Positions 22,401 through 33,835 of a stretch of 64,000 bases of DNA are shown here, piece by piece (position 1 is the first letter of the stretch; every line of letters starts with the position of its first letter). A program made the position numbers and the translations under genes. Below the pieces are notes generated by a model that saw only the letters and a program-made list of their open reading frames with translations, was not told the DNA's origin and searched no databases. The stretch covers positions 27,776,001-27,840,000 of the forward strand of contig OZ281496.1 in assembly GCA_965637545.1 (NCBI GenBank). The letters run 5' to 3'. Origin of the DNA: Phallusia mammillata. Taxonomy: Eukaryota.

Positions 22401-25400
22401 TGCCTCACTGTGCTGAATAGTCAGAAGGCACGTGACATGCAACACACCTGGTGCAACATGCCAAATTGTAAATCTACTAAAAATTATCAACTAGGTCGCT
22501 GCTTATGCAGCCAACCCAAAGCCATGAAAAGTTAAAAAAAAACAGGTCAACTTAACTTCAATTGGTTCGAATTTAGGCCATTTTGCACCCATGTACTGCC
22601 CATTTCCGCGGAAACTAAAAAACATACATTTAGTCTGTATGACTTGACTTGTCCCATAACTATTGGAAATCTCCAGGGTCGATGACTTACATCTAACATA
22701 TCCGCGTATGAACTGCATTCCTCCAGTGCTTTCACAGGTTTCCATGTGATTTTGATCATTCGGAAAGTTGGTTAAGAAAAAATCCTGTATGTGATGCCCA
22801 CTGCGAAAAAAAAACTAATCATGTGCAGCCTTACTTATCTTAGTTTTGTCTTACATTTTGAGTCTACAATAGTGTCGCTGCTTTGTTGGTGCGAGATTCC
22901 TACGCTCCTGTAAGTCAGCAATGGTCGGAGTTCCTGAAGGAAAACATTAGAAATAATTACCCTCACTATGCGAAAAGGATTTGAAATTGTCTACTAACAT
23001 TTGGCGGCAAGCATGTAACCGGATTGCTCCTTGGTGTTTGCTTGTTTCAGTTCTTCGTAAATGTTTCCATGAACAAGCATCTGCAACAAAACCTACAGAA
23101 ACACTCGATGTACAAACCTAATTGCGACTAATGAACATTTAGTTAGCTTTACTTGATATGAAAACACACGTGACATGCAAAACAAGAAGTAGAACATGCC
23201 AAATCACCGTGCAAATCTGCAAGTCTCACCATACTGATTATATTTAACAACTAGGCGATTATGTGGCAAACTTTTTAAAAACCAGGTAACTTAACTTCAA
23301 TCCGTTCGAATTCGAAGTCAGGTCGTATTGCATCAATTAGTGCGCTTTTCCGCGGAAACTAAAAGAACAAGCGTTTTGTCTGCAGATCTTTGCTTCATAA
23401 TTTGCTAATACACTATAATCATTGGTAGGTGGTTACATAAAAAAATATTGCATGTGCTGAAAGAATACTTTTATGTCACACAGCAAAAGCCTAGTATTGT
23501 GCAGACGTAATTGCGCTAAAAAAAAACTCTATATTACTGGTGCTGTTTGTGACCTGTAACGGATATGACTTTTGGTCAAGGCTCTCCACGATCCTGCAAA
23601 ATAGATGAAAATTAGCGATATTTTCCTATCGTTGGCATGAAGCTCTTATCTATACTTACATTTAACACGCAACTAACCGAAACCCTCCATTACAGGTTGC
23701 TTTTCTTCGTAGAAACATCTGCAACAAAACGTAGAGCATGCTGCAGCATTCGATGTACAAACCTAATTGACACTAAAACTACAACTTTAGTTACGGTCAG
23801 AACACACGTGACATGCAAAACGCGATGTGCAACATGCCGAATTACCGTGCAAAATTTCGATTCTCAGCATACTAAGATTTAACAACTAAGTTAGTTCGCT
23901 TGTTGTGCAGCAAACTATATTTAATCTATAGAAAGCTAAAATCAGGTTAACTTAACTTCAATTGATTTGAAGTCTGGTCGAATTTCAGCAATTAGTGTGC
24001 TTTTCCGAGGAAACTAAAAAAACATTTGTATGTGGAGCTTGGCTACTAAGTCCTGTTTTGTTGAAACAATACTTTTATGACACATACAAAAAAAATAAAC
24101 ATAGTGCAGCCCAAGTCTAGATTACAGGCGCTGTTTGCACTAACCTGTCGAGGATTTGACTTGTTGGTCAAGGGTCCATACGATCCTGTAGGACAGCACA
24201 GGTCGAAAGTTCTAAAGGAAAAGATACACACGTAGCGATATCTAACCTTTTTCTCGGCACGCGACAACTACATTTACCTTCTACTAACATGTACGCATAA
24301 GACCTGAATTCGTCCAGTACTTTTGCAGGTTTCCATGCTTCGTAGAAACTCTGCAACAAAACGTAGAGCATGCTGCAGCATTCGATGTACAAACCTAATT
24401 GACACTAAAACTACAACTTTAGTTATGGTCAGAACACTCGTGCCATGCAAGTCACAATGTGCAACATGTCAAATTACTATGCAAACTATAATGCTCGCCA
24501 AACTACAGCTTAAGTAAGTGGCTGATTACAAACCCTGTAGGCTATGACAAAATCAGGTTAACTTAACTTTTATAGTTTGAAGTCAAAAGTATTTTCTCGT
24601 TAAGGTCATCCATCATGTCTAGATGTTTTCCTAAACATAGAAAATCAGATGAAGAGCTAAGAAACGCAATACGCAGTAATAGATCTAGCTTAGGTGTAAT
24701 CAACAATCGGAACACACGTGACATGCCAAACACATAGTGTAACATGCCAAATCGCCGTGCAAAACTGAAATTTGTAATACTCCTAATACTACATGTTAAC
24801 AACTAACTCTTAGTCGCCAATTAAATGGCCAAGTCATTACGAAGCGAAAAGCCTAGAAACCAAAGCAACTTAGCTGAATCGGCTTGGCTCAAAATTCCAT
24901 GTTGCATCTCGGATCTAAGCGACTGTTGTGGCGTTCGGAAAACAAAGACAAAGCAGCAGTACCAAGAAACACAACACAATATTTAATTTAATATATACTA
25001 TACGTTTTATATAACACGTAAATTTAGGATATTTTTACATGCCTGCTTGCCCGTTGTAGTTCAGTAAATTTTTATCATGTTCCCGGTTAATTAAATGTTC
25101 AGATAGCGGTTGAACCATCATTGAATGTCCGAAAGTACAAGAGAAACCTAAAACAAAACGATTAACTATCAACTAATTTGCTGTTGTTATATTTACAGGT
25201 TTTTATTATGCTTACTCATAGTAAGAACACATGTGCCATGCAAATCACGCAGTGCAACATGTCAAGTCACCATGCAAACTACAATGCTCGCTATACTACA
25301 ACTTAACAACTAGGTCGCTGGTTATGCGCAAATCGTAAGCCAAAAACAAACAAACAGGTTAACTTAACTTTTATCAGTTTGAATTCGAAGATGTTTTCCA

Positions 25401-27180
25401 GTTTGGTTCGCATTCGTGATTCGTTGCCTTCCTACAACAAAAGCAGATACAGAAGAAATAAAAGTAACAAGCAGTATTCTAGTATACTTCTAATATTTTA
25501 CAATCTAGTAGTTGGAACACACGTGACATGCCAAACATAAAAGTGCGCAAAATGCCAAATCAGCATGCAACACTGGAATTTATACTAAACTACAGTTTAA
25601 CAGCTAGCTCACGCGCCTAAACGTTTGCGGCGTAAAAAACTTAACTGAATTGGCTTCGCTTGCTTTCGTTTCAATATTTGCTCTAGGCAACTCTTGTTGT
25701 TATCCTGTAAAAACAAAGCAGAAGCAGGACCAGGAACAAAACAAAACATTTGATTTAATTTAGTATAAACTATACGTTTTGATTAACATGCGAATTCAGG
25801 ATATGTGCACGGTATACTATCTTCACATGTTTTAGCTTAATCTAGGCGTTTCGATAAGACGATTGAATATAAATATTTACGTGCCTGCTTGCTTACTGGA
25901 GTTCAATAGTTTTCATGTTTCATGTACTAACTCGGCGGCTTGGACGTCTTGGATGCAAAAGAACACCAACGGAACCTAAAACAAAACAATCCAGTAGCAG
26001 TTGTCGGAAGCAAACCTATACAACAATGGCATACTTATTGTGCCGGTGCGGAAGCCAACTGGTGTGCACCCAAGTTTGCTTCCACATCGATACGGATTAA
26101 TTTAATAAACAACAACAGAATTACCTGCATTTTATCTCGATGCGTTGACGAACAAACATCTGCAACAAACCGTAAGAGCAACATTCGATGTACGAATTTA
26201 TTTGAATATAACTACAATTAATTGACAAGTTTTATTCTGTATACTCCAATTCGGAACGCTCGTGACATGCAAAACACGATGTGCAACATGCTAAGTCGCA
26301 ATGCAAACTAGAATGCTCGCTATATTAAAACTTAACTTGGTCGCTGATTATGCACAAAAAAACATTAAGTCACGAAAAATCACGATTACTTAACTTTTAT
26401 CAAATTGCGTTCCGGCTTGGTTCTCCATTATGTCTTTTTGCTTTCCTATAAACAGAGAAACGTAAGCATAACCAAGAACCGCAATACACAGTATTACATC
26501 TAGCTTATATTAACAATCGGAACACACGTGACATGCTAAACACAGAGTGCAACATGCAAAAACATGCATAACTGGAAAATTATTATGAAGCGAAAAAACT
26601 ATGAAAAAACAAGACAACTTATCTCAATCGGTTTGGTTTGACTTCCATCTTGCATTTCGCATCATCTTGCATTTTGCGTTGCCTTCGAAAAAAAGAATAA
26701 ACAGTACCAACTAACACAAAACAATATTTTATTTTATTTACACTATACGTTTTAAATAACACGTCAAGATAGAATATGTGCAGTATACTACTATCTTCAC
26801 GTGTTTGAGACTAAGTTTACGCGTTTCATTGTATTGATTCATTGTAAATGTTAAACGTGCTTACCGGCTTGTGGGTTCAAGTTTAGTAGTTAGTTTCCAT
26901 GTTTTTAACTGTCAACTAGGCGGTGTAGGTTGAAACAGGCAACAAACGAAACCTAAAACACAACAATCTAGCAGTAGTACCATGTGTTTTGGAAGCTAAG
27001 CAAACTTTTGCAATATCAGCCTACATACAATAAGTATATAGACGCGAAAGCCAACTAGTGTGCACCTAAAATTTACTTCTATACATCCAAAGAAAACAAT
27101 TTACTTTACAACAAAAGAATTACCTGCATAGAACCCAGATGACCATCCACCAGCAACGCGAGCATCAAAAGAAAGAATGA
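19440..27180 (-). ncRNA. Putative multi-exon non-coding host transcript, right paralog
   Basis: Diverged ~300-700-bp exon-intron units. Exon lengths vary and junction-formed stops occur (T|AA, T|GA). Candidate first exon 27124-~27177. Confidence 0.5.
20634..26570 (-). other. Conserved intronic GCAYG/CACGTG element, right cluster (12 copies)
   Basis: Copies at ~20634, 21327, 22006, 22426, 23162, 23800, 24432, 24710, 25225, 25516, 26254 and 26520. Most lie ~75-100 nt upstream of a 3' splice site and downstream of a GTTAAGT-type donor. Confidence 0.85.
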
Positions 27181-27290
27181 CCGACCTCACACGCCCAAAG
27201 TGTGTAGCTTCATTTTTTCTTTTTTCTTTCGACCAATCACAACGCTTGTTGGCGACACGTTACACCAGCGCTTTTTAACCAACCAATGGC
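27124..27290 (-). promoter_or_regulatory. Candidate TCT/TOP-like start, first exon and CCAAT boxes
   Basis: Minus strand GGTCATTCTTTCTTTTGATGCTCGCGTTG...ATGCAG|GTAATT, with CCAAT at 27233 and 27283. Confidence 0.45.
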
Positions 27291-27743
27291 AGGCCTTAAT
27301 ACATCAATTAGCAAACTCCCTGGACTTGCACATGTCCGCGGGAACTAACGAGAACAAAGACACAAGCACTGCCCTGTGGACATTGCCTTTCCGCGTTTTT
27401 CAACTGGTTGGGTTCGAAACGGACTATTATTTATTTTTTTAATGCACAAAATTTTACATTTACTAAATCTAAGAATCGATGTTTTGTCTCTGAGGTAAAA
27501 TATTATTAAATAACAATATCTTTCTGTCTTGCATAACCACTTACACACGCAAATTAAATAGCAACATGTAAAATATGTTTGGAAAACAGTATGTTGTAAC
27601 ATATTGCATAACTATACGATTTTACCAGAATTTTCGATGCCAAAACGCCCGAAAGTGATACCGGTTCCGGCGTTATTGTTCTTACTATTAGCCGACGTAG
27701 AATTCAGATGTGAAAACGGAGTAATTTAAAGCAAGCGACTGAA

Positions 27744-27802
27744 GTAGTGTAGTGGATAGGCAGAAGGGCTAAAAACTTTGCTGTCGCCGGTTCGAATACT
27801 AC
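27744..27802 (+). mobile_element. tRNA-derived SINE-like remnant
   Basis: A-box-like TAGTGTAGTGG and B-box GGTTCGAATAC about 45 nt apart; no cloverleaf. Confidence 0.3.
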
Positions 27803-29196
27803 AATAAATCTCCGGGAGTTATGCTTCTTCGCTCTTACGGTCCTAATTGCAGCTGCACAACCACAGGATTTTTAGTTCCCTTTGGTGTACGAGCAAAATT
27901 CTAGATGGTGCAGAATTGAAATTAAACGTTAACCATCACATGAACATAAATAATGGACGACGAGTTATTTTGCCTTCGTTTTACTTTCACTCAGTCCTGC
28001 ATCATGCGTATAGTAAAGTTATTTGTACAAGAGATGAATAATTTTTGCAACGGTTACGTACCAAGTCAGAAATACGAACCCCTTCTGGGTCAAATCCGAT
28101 TTTCCTTCAGGATTTGTGCCTTTGAACACCAACTTGGACGTAGTCAGCACAGAGCAACAGAAGCAATATACCCAATATTCGATTTAAAAATTCATAGTTA
28201 AATTAGCAGGGGCAACCATGTTTTTCAAAAACAATTTTATTTATTCTTTGCCAAATTACCCCAAACCAAAAGTGGCCGATATCTGATAATGGTGTGAAAA
28301 GAAATAAAAAAAAAACACTGACAGCAACGTCAAACTGACGAAAACTAATGAACACGATTAAATGAGTTCACAACACAGAAGCAACAGGAAAACTGACATA
28401 AAGCTTGAGAGCAAGAGAAGATAGCAATAAAGCAAGAAAAGTAAAACAATATGAAAACGAGCAGTTTTATTTTACTGAAAACGAAGATGTAATCAACCTG
28501 GTTAAAACCAAGTCCTGCTCTATAAACAACAACTTCATAAATGCAACATTTTCTTGAAAAAAGTCTTTCTTGCAGCTTAATGGTGCAGATCACAAAGAAA
28601 TCAGAAAATCAAAGTTTTTGGAAATGAATCATATATGTATATAGTTTAGCCGTTAGACGTGTCTTTTGCCATGTTGTTGCAGAGTAAAAACTTGAATAAT
28701 TCAAGATTTTCTTATGGATTCGTAAACAGTCGTTATAAAACTGTTTTCCGGCCTTTTGATTTGTGTTTCGGTGTAGGCCTTCTACGTTCTTTAAGTTGTA
28801 GCCTATTACGCTGTATGGTTTCAAATTAAAGGTTTCAGTTTTTTCTTAGGTGTCCAGCGTTTGTGGCTACAACAGCAGATACAGTTAAATCGCAAACACA
28901 ACTTTAATCTGGACATACAGTGCTTCAATTGCAGACGGATTATGAATATACAGCAAAAGCATTTCATAATCCAAAAGGTAAACACATTAGTGTCGTTAAA
29001 CGACAAAAAAAACGCAAAAGGTGCAACGTTTGGTGAAGCATTCAACTTCGTTGCAATAATATACAGATGCTTTAGTTACGGCAGTTTAGGAACGGACAAG
29101 TGTTCTTCTTAACTACTAACCATATTTACAGGCTCATATCTAGTTCACCGGTCGATCCTTTTGGCCAGTGCATTTATACAGTGAGGTTTGATGTAC

Positions 29197-30857
29197 TTAG
29201 GGTATGCGTTCTGGTTTGTAGCCAGCCATACATGAGCAGTAATATGATCCGTCCGTGTTGGTGCATTCTGCGTGGGCGGTGCACGGCTGTGTCTCGCACT
29301 CATTGATATCTAAAGGCAACACAAGCCAGAGGTAAAGCAATTTCCTTTCACGCTGTGGGAAATATTGGGAAACGAAACAAACATGTCACACTGGATCGGA
29401 GTTGCAAGCGGGCCCGAAATTTAAACCCGAACCCGGCTAGAACCCGGCCCGAACCCGAAAGTATAAGTACATGTACACTTGGCGGGGGAATCAAGTTATT
29501 CGAATACCAAGAAACATACTGATATTAACTTATCATGTACCTTCACATTTTACTCAAACACCAGTAAACCCGAAATTGGAGATGTAAGTAAAGAACCCTC
29601 GGCTTTTGCGCATATGACAATGACGTGATACCGTTACAATTAACGTAGCTACATTTCGCCAAACTGTAGGTTTACGCCAAAGTGAAAATGTACCACTTAC
29701 CAGCGCAAACCTTGGCTAAATTAAGTTCGTAACCAGAGTTGCAGGCACATGTGTAACTTCCAGGAGAGTTGGTACATGAAGCAGTTTGTGGCCCACATAC
29801 TTTGCTGTTTCCAGCGCATTCGTCAATTTCTGGAACATATCACTTGTTTATGAGCACTTTGTTTAATTATTATCCATTCGATTTTTTATTTTAGTGTAAC
29901 TACGCGTCACAATGTAATTGTGTAATGCTTTTCGTGCTTGTTTAAAGTTGTGGTTATGAAGTTTACTTATTTTTCTATGGACCACAAGCCGTCATGTTGA
30001 GGCATTCGTCAGTTTCTAAGAATCAACGCAAAATGTTTGTTTGAAGAGTTTGCGCGTTTAGCACAGAACGATAATAAATTCCAAGAATTTCAAATCAAAA
30101 TTTTTTGGTTACAACATATTTTACGCAAAAGGATTTTGTAATATGTTTCAACCACTGCGTACCTGTACAATCAGTTCCTGCTGGAACAATCGGAGTGAGA
30201 TGTGAGAATGTGCTTGTGTCGTCATAACCGCTTTTACACAAACATTGGACCAACGACAATCCTCGGTTGGTGCATGTTGCATTAGTGTGACAGGGGTGCA
30301 GTTTGGTGTTACAAACGTCGGAAACTAGATAATTTGCGGTTAAAGATGAGTTTTAACTGAATATTAAAACTTTTTAACCTACTTCCTTCGCTGTTGTTTA
30401 GCAGAAAGTCTCGTGCGTTTTTGGCGACGGTCAAATTCGCATATGAGACGACTTCAACTTCTGTAATGATTGAGCCACCCATACCATCCGCAGTAGTCAT
30501 ATTGTACACGACAATAACTGCAAAAATATTATTAAAAATGAACTGAATATTGACGAATAAAGTACCGTTATTTAAGAGCACAACACCATCATTTCTCTGT
30601 GTCCTTTTCTAGTCCTTAATTGTACACTTTTGTCAAAATTTAATAGGTTCTCATGCAACAGTTTATAAATCAACGGAGAGAACAAATATGCCAAATACGG
30701 TGAACGGATCACATAGCAAAAAATAACATGTCTCGTTTTTCCAGAAGCATCACAATTTTGCAAAATACACAAGCTCACCTGCGTCCGGTACAATCTGAGC
30801 TAAGACGCAGTCGATTAGGGCCGTACCGAACAAAGCTAGTACAATTGAAGACTTCAT
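29197..30857 (-). CDS. Small secreted EGF / calcium-binding EGF protein (~205 aa)
   Basis: Exons 30779-30857 (signal peptide [21 protein letters not shown]), 30383-30517, 30163-30324 (EGF), 29701-29829 ([23 protein letters not shown]) and 29197-29309 ([22 protein letters not shown]). All introns are phase-1 GT-AG. Confidence 0.8.
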
Positions 30858-32877
30858 GGCGTATGTTAATGATTTGTTTGTTACGTTTCAGGTTTAGTTT
30901 CTGTTAGTAATCATTTTCACAGCAACAGAAGCTGACGATTATTAGTGTTATAAAACACTTACGTTTCGAACAAACATACAAATTTACCAACTATAGTAGA
31001 TGAAATGTATAATTTAGTGTTTTTGTAAGATTTTATTTTTGCAATGCCTTTTGAAAAGATTTGTCAGATAGGCAGTTTGGAATGCAACTTTTATCTTGAA
31101 AACAAGTTTGACAAAAGCACTTACACTACAGAAATATACACACATACATACATAAAATGACATTTTGACGCTCGAATCCCAATTAAAATGTAACTGTATT
31201 CATACTAACTTCAATACTAAACTAATTCGAAAGTACAGTTTTATCTTGGTCAAAAGTTGTTGAGACAAGTCTATACATCCAAAATACATTAAAGCTATTT
31301 TGGTACAGAACTTGACGCATACTTGCTTTCAAAGCACAATGTTATAGGTTTATAAATACAAAACATTATGACGTCATTTTCGAGATGACGATGTCATCAG
31401 AAAAAAGTGATACACAACAACTTTCCCAAAGAAACTTATGGGCTATCTCTTTCCGACTTTTCTAGAAACTTTATAAAGTACGACCATGTCCAAACGCAAA
31501 ACTTTAAGAAAAAGAATTCAGCAGTTTAAGGGTTAAAATTCTAAACTGCGCAAACTGGGCTAAAACTATGTTTGCTTGGGTAGTTCCCAAGACCACTGAT
31601 ATGAACAACGTCTGTATTGTTGCACTTTGCATCTGTTGCGCATATCTACCAGTCCTAGATTTTTATCAACTATGAGATATACCGACAGAAAAATGCAGAC
31701 TGTACACTGACTCACTAGTATGTTATGTCCCCAGCCAACGCACACTAAGTCCTTGTTCCGGAGCTATAAGCAACGTCACATCCACACTCTTTAATGTTGT
31801 GTGATTAATGGCACAAGCTAAAGTAGAGATCAGTGGAAAAAAACGAATATGACTGTCTGTCATGGTTTAATATACACGATGGTCAAAACAATACATAGTA
31901 TTACCTGCACACCTATCTGTTAACGGTTTGTACAAGCCTTCTCATTAAACGGACGTTAAATAGTAACGCCTACGTTAACCACGCTACGTAACTGTTTGTC
32001 ACAAGTATTCCGGTTAATTTAAGCACGCGCGCTAGGTGATCACAAATGATGATCAACGTACGTTTTATGGCATATTAACTAGTTACAGGACATCGGGACA
32101 CGACGCTGATTTTGTGTTACCAAAATACAGAGGTTTGAATTCGTTTACCTGCAATATTCTATTGCAGCGAAAGGGGCCTTCTTCAAAACCACGGAACTTA
32201 ATTAATCTGAAATCAATACGCTAAAACGTTGCTTTCAATTTCATTTCGATTGCACTTTAAACAGGATACAGGTTCGGTAGATGGTCATAAACGTCTAGAA
32301 CCCAATCAAAATCTGAAGATTCGGGCAGCAATAAAAAAACTAAAATTTTCTACGATTTATCGATGTCTCAAGACCGAAAACGGGTGCAACGCTATAGCAT
32401 TTCCGTCAATTTAAGATTTCTAGTTTTATGACAAAAAATACCTCACCACCAATCCACCAAAAATGGAATTTTTGCAAGTCCGAAAACGGGTGCAAGACTA
32501 TAGCCTATTTTTACAATTTTATGTGTTTTTTTATCAAACGCGTTCACCAACCTAGGTACTGCATCGTCTGGGTTTGTGGAAGCTTGTAAAAACATCGGGG
32601 ATATGTGGTACCGCCTTTTGCCTGTGATAAAACCTTTTATTGGAAGTTAATCAAATTTGCCGAATGAAACACAATGCGTTTACGGTCGATTTAAACACTG
32701 GGTTAAGACCGGTGACGTCAGTACAGGTTTGCCCGATGCGCTTGATCAACGACCTGAGAAGACAAACCCAAACCGCACGTTAGAATGGTAACAGTTAGGC
32801 GTCCTTTTAACAGCATACAGTGTTCTAGTTATAACAAGTTGACGTTTATCCTGAATAAATCAAATACTTTTAGATAG

Positions 32878-33835
32878 ATGGCAGCTCTACCGCACATGAT
32901 GGTGGTATTTTTGACAGTATTGTATTTAGCAAGGACTGAATCGCAATTGGTGAGTACATGCTTTCATATTCGATTTTTATCGCCTTTGTTGATGCAGGTT
33001 GCTTTGGTCTGCTGAAAAGTATTCTTTAATAATAGCGACTCTAGGCTTAAAATACCCACCCTGAGTTTGTAATATAGTTTGCTATATTATGTATAAGTAA
33101 TAACGTATTTTGCAATGTGGTTGGCCAGTTTGGGCTGCTTTAGTTATCACTAACATGGTAGTATTTAAAAACTGAAGCTTAGTTTTAGGTTTCAAAACGA
33201 GATTATAAATAACCTTTTATTGTTTTTATAGGATCCCCGATTTGCGCTTGTTCAAGAAAAAACAAGGTATGTAAACACTTTTACCTATCCCCTCCACACA
33301 ATTTATCGTGTTCATTATCCTGCAGATTGAGGCACAAACGTTTGTCGGGCTCAGAAGGTACGAAAATGTAAAAAAGCTAATTTCTTTACTTTTAAGGCGA
33401 CACAATGAATCCTTAAGACTATTTTATTCAAGTGTAATAATGTATCACTTGAACAAACACTATTACCTGCTGTTGAATGCTCAACATTAAACATTACTTG
33501 AAATTGTAACACTAAGTAATGGTAGCTAAGTTTTAGGTTTGTCAATTGGTGATACAGTTAGAGCGAGAATATGAAAGGAAAGAAGGACCAAGGGCTAAAT
33601 TTAATATGGTATTTTAATTAATTCCAGTCTTACCAATACAAGGAACAGTTACCATGTCTGGAGGAATAATCTCAGTGAATTTCACCAGCAATCCAGGTAT
33701 ACTTTAAATTGAACAACTAATCCAAAAACGCTCGTTTTCTGAACAATTTACAACACAGACATTGACTGTGCTGAGTTATGCGAGGAGAGACCATGTTATT
33801 TGGACCACCGAAACGAACACATGTGCTTTTGCTGA
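32878..33835 (+). CDS. Candidate small secreted Cys-rich prepropeptide (~71 aa)
   Basis: Exons 32878-32949, 33232-33266, 33326-33357 and 33759-33835 splice in frame to MAALPHMMVVFLTVLYLARTESQL-DPRFALVQEKTRLRHKR-LSGSEDIDCAELCEERPCYLDHRNEHMCFC*: a hydrophobic signal, an RHKR site and a Cys-rich tail. Confidence 0.5.

Noticed and set aside
20550-24440. H/ACA or C/D snoRNA assignment for the GCAYG element
   Set aside because: H boxes, ACA and CTGA occur in only some copies, and the second intron class lacks the ACA block.
8691-26570. p53 response elements or an E-box/octamer enhancer cluster
   Set aside because: CATG cores are ~21 and ~13 bp apart with poor RRR/YYY flanks. Fixed orientation and position within introns, plus pair-preserving changes, favour an RNA-level role. 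A CACGTGAC bHLH-ZIP site cannot be fully excluded.
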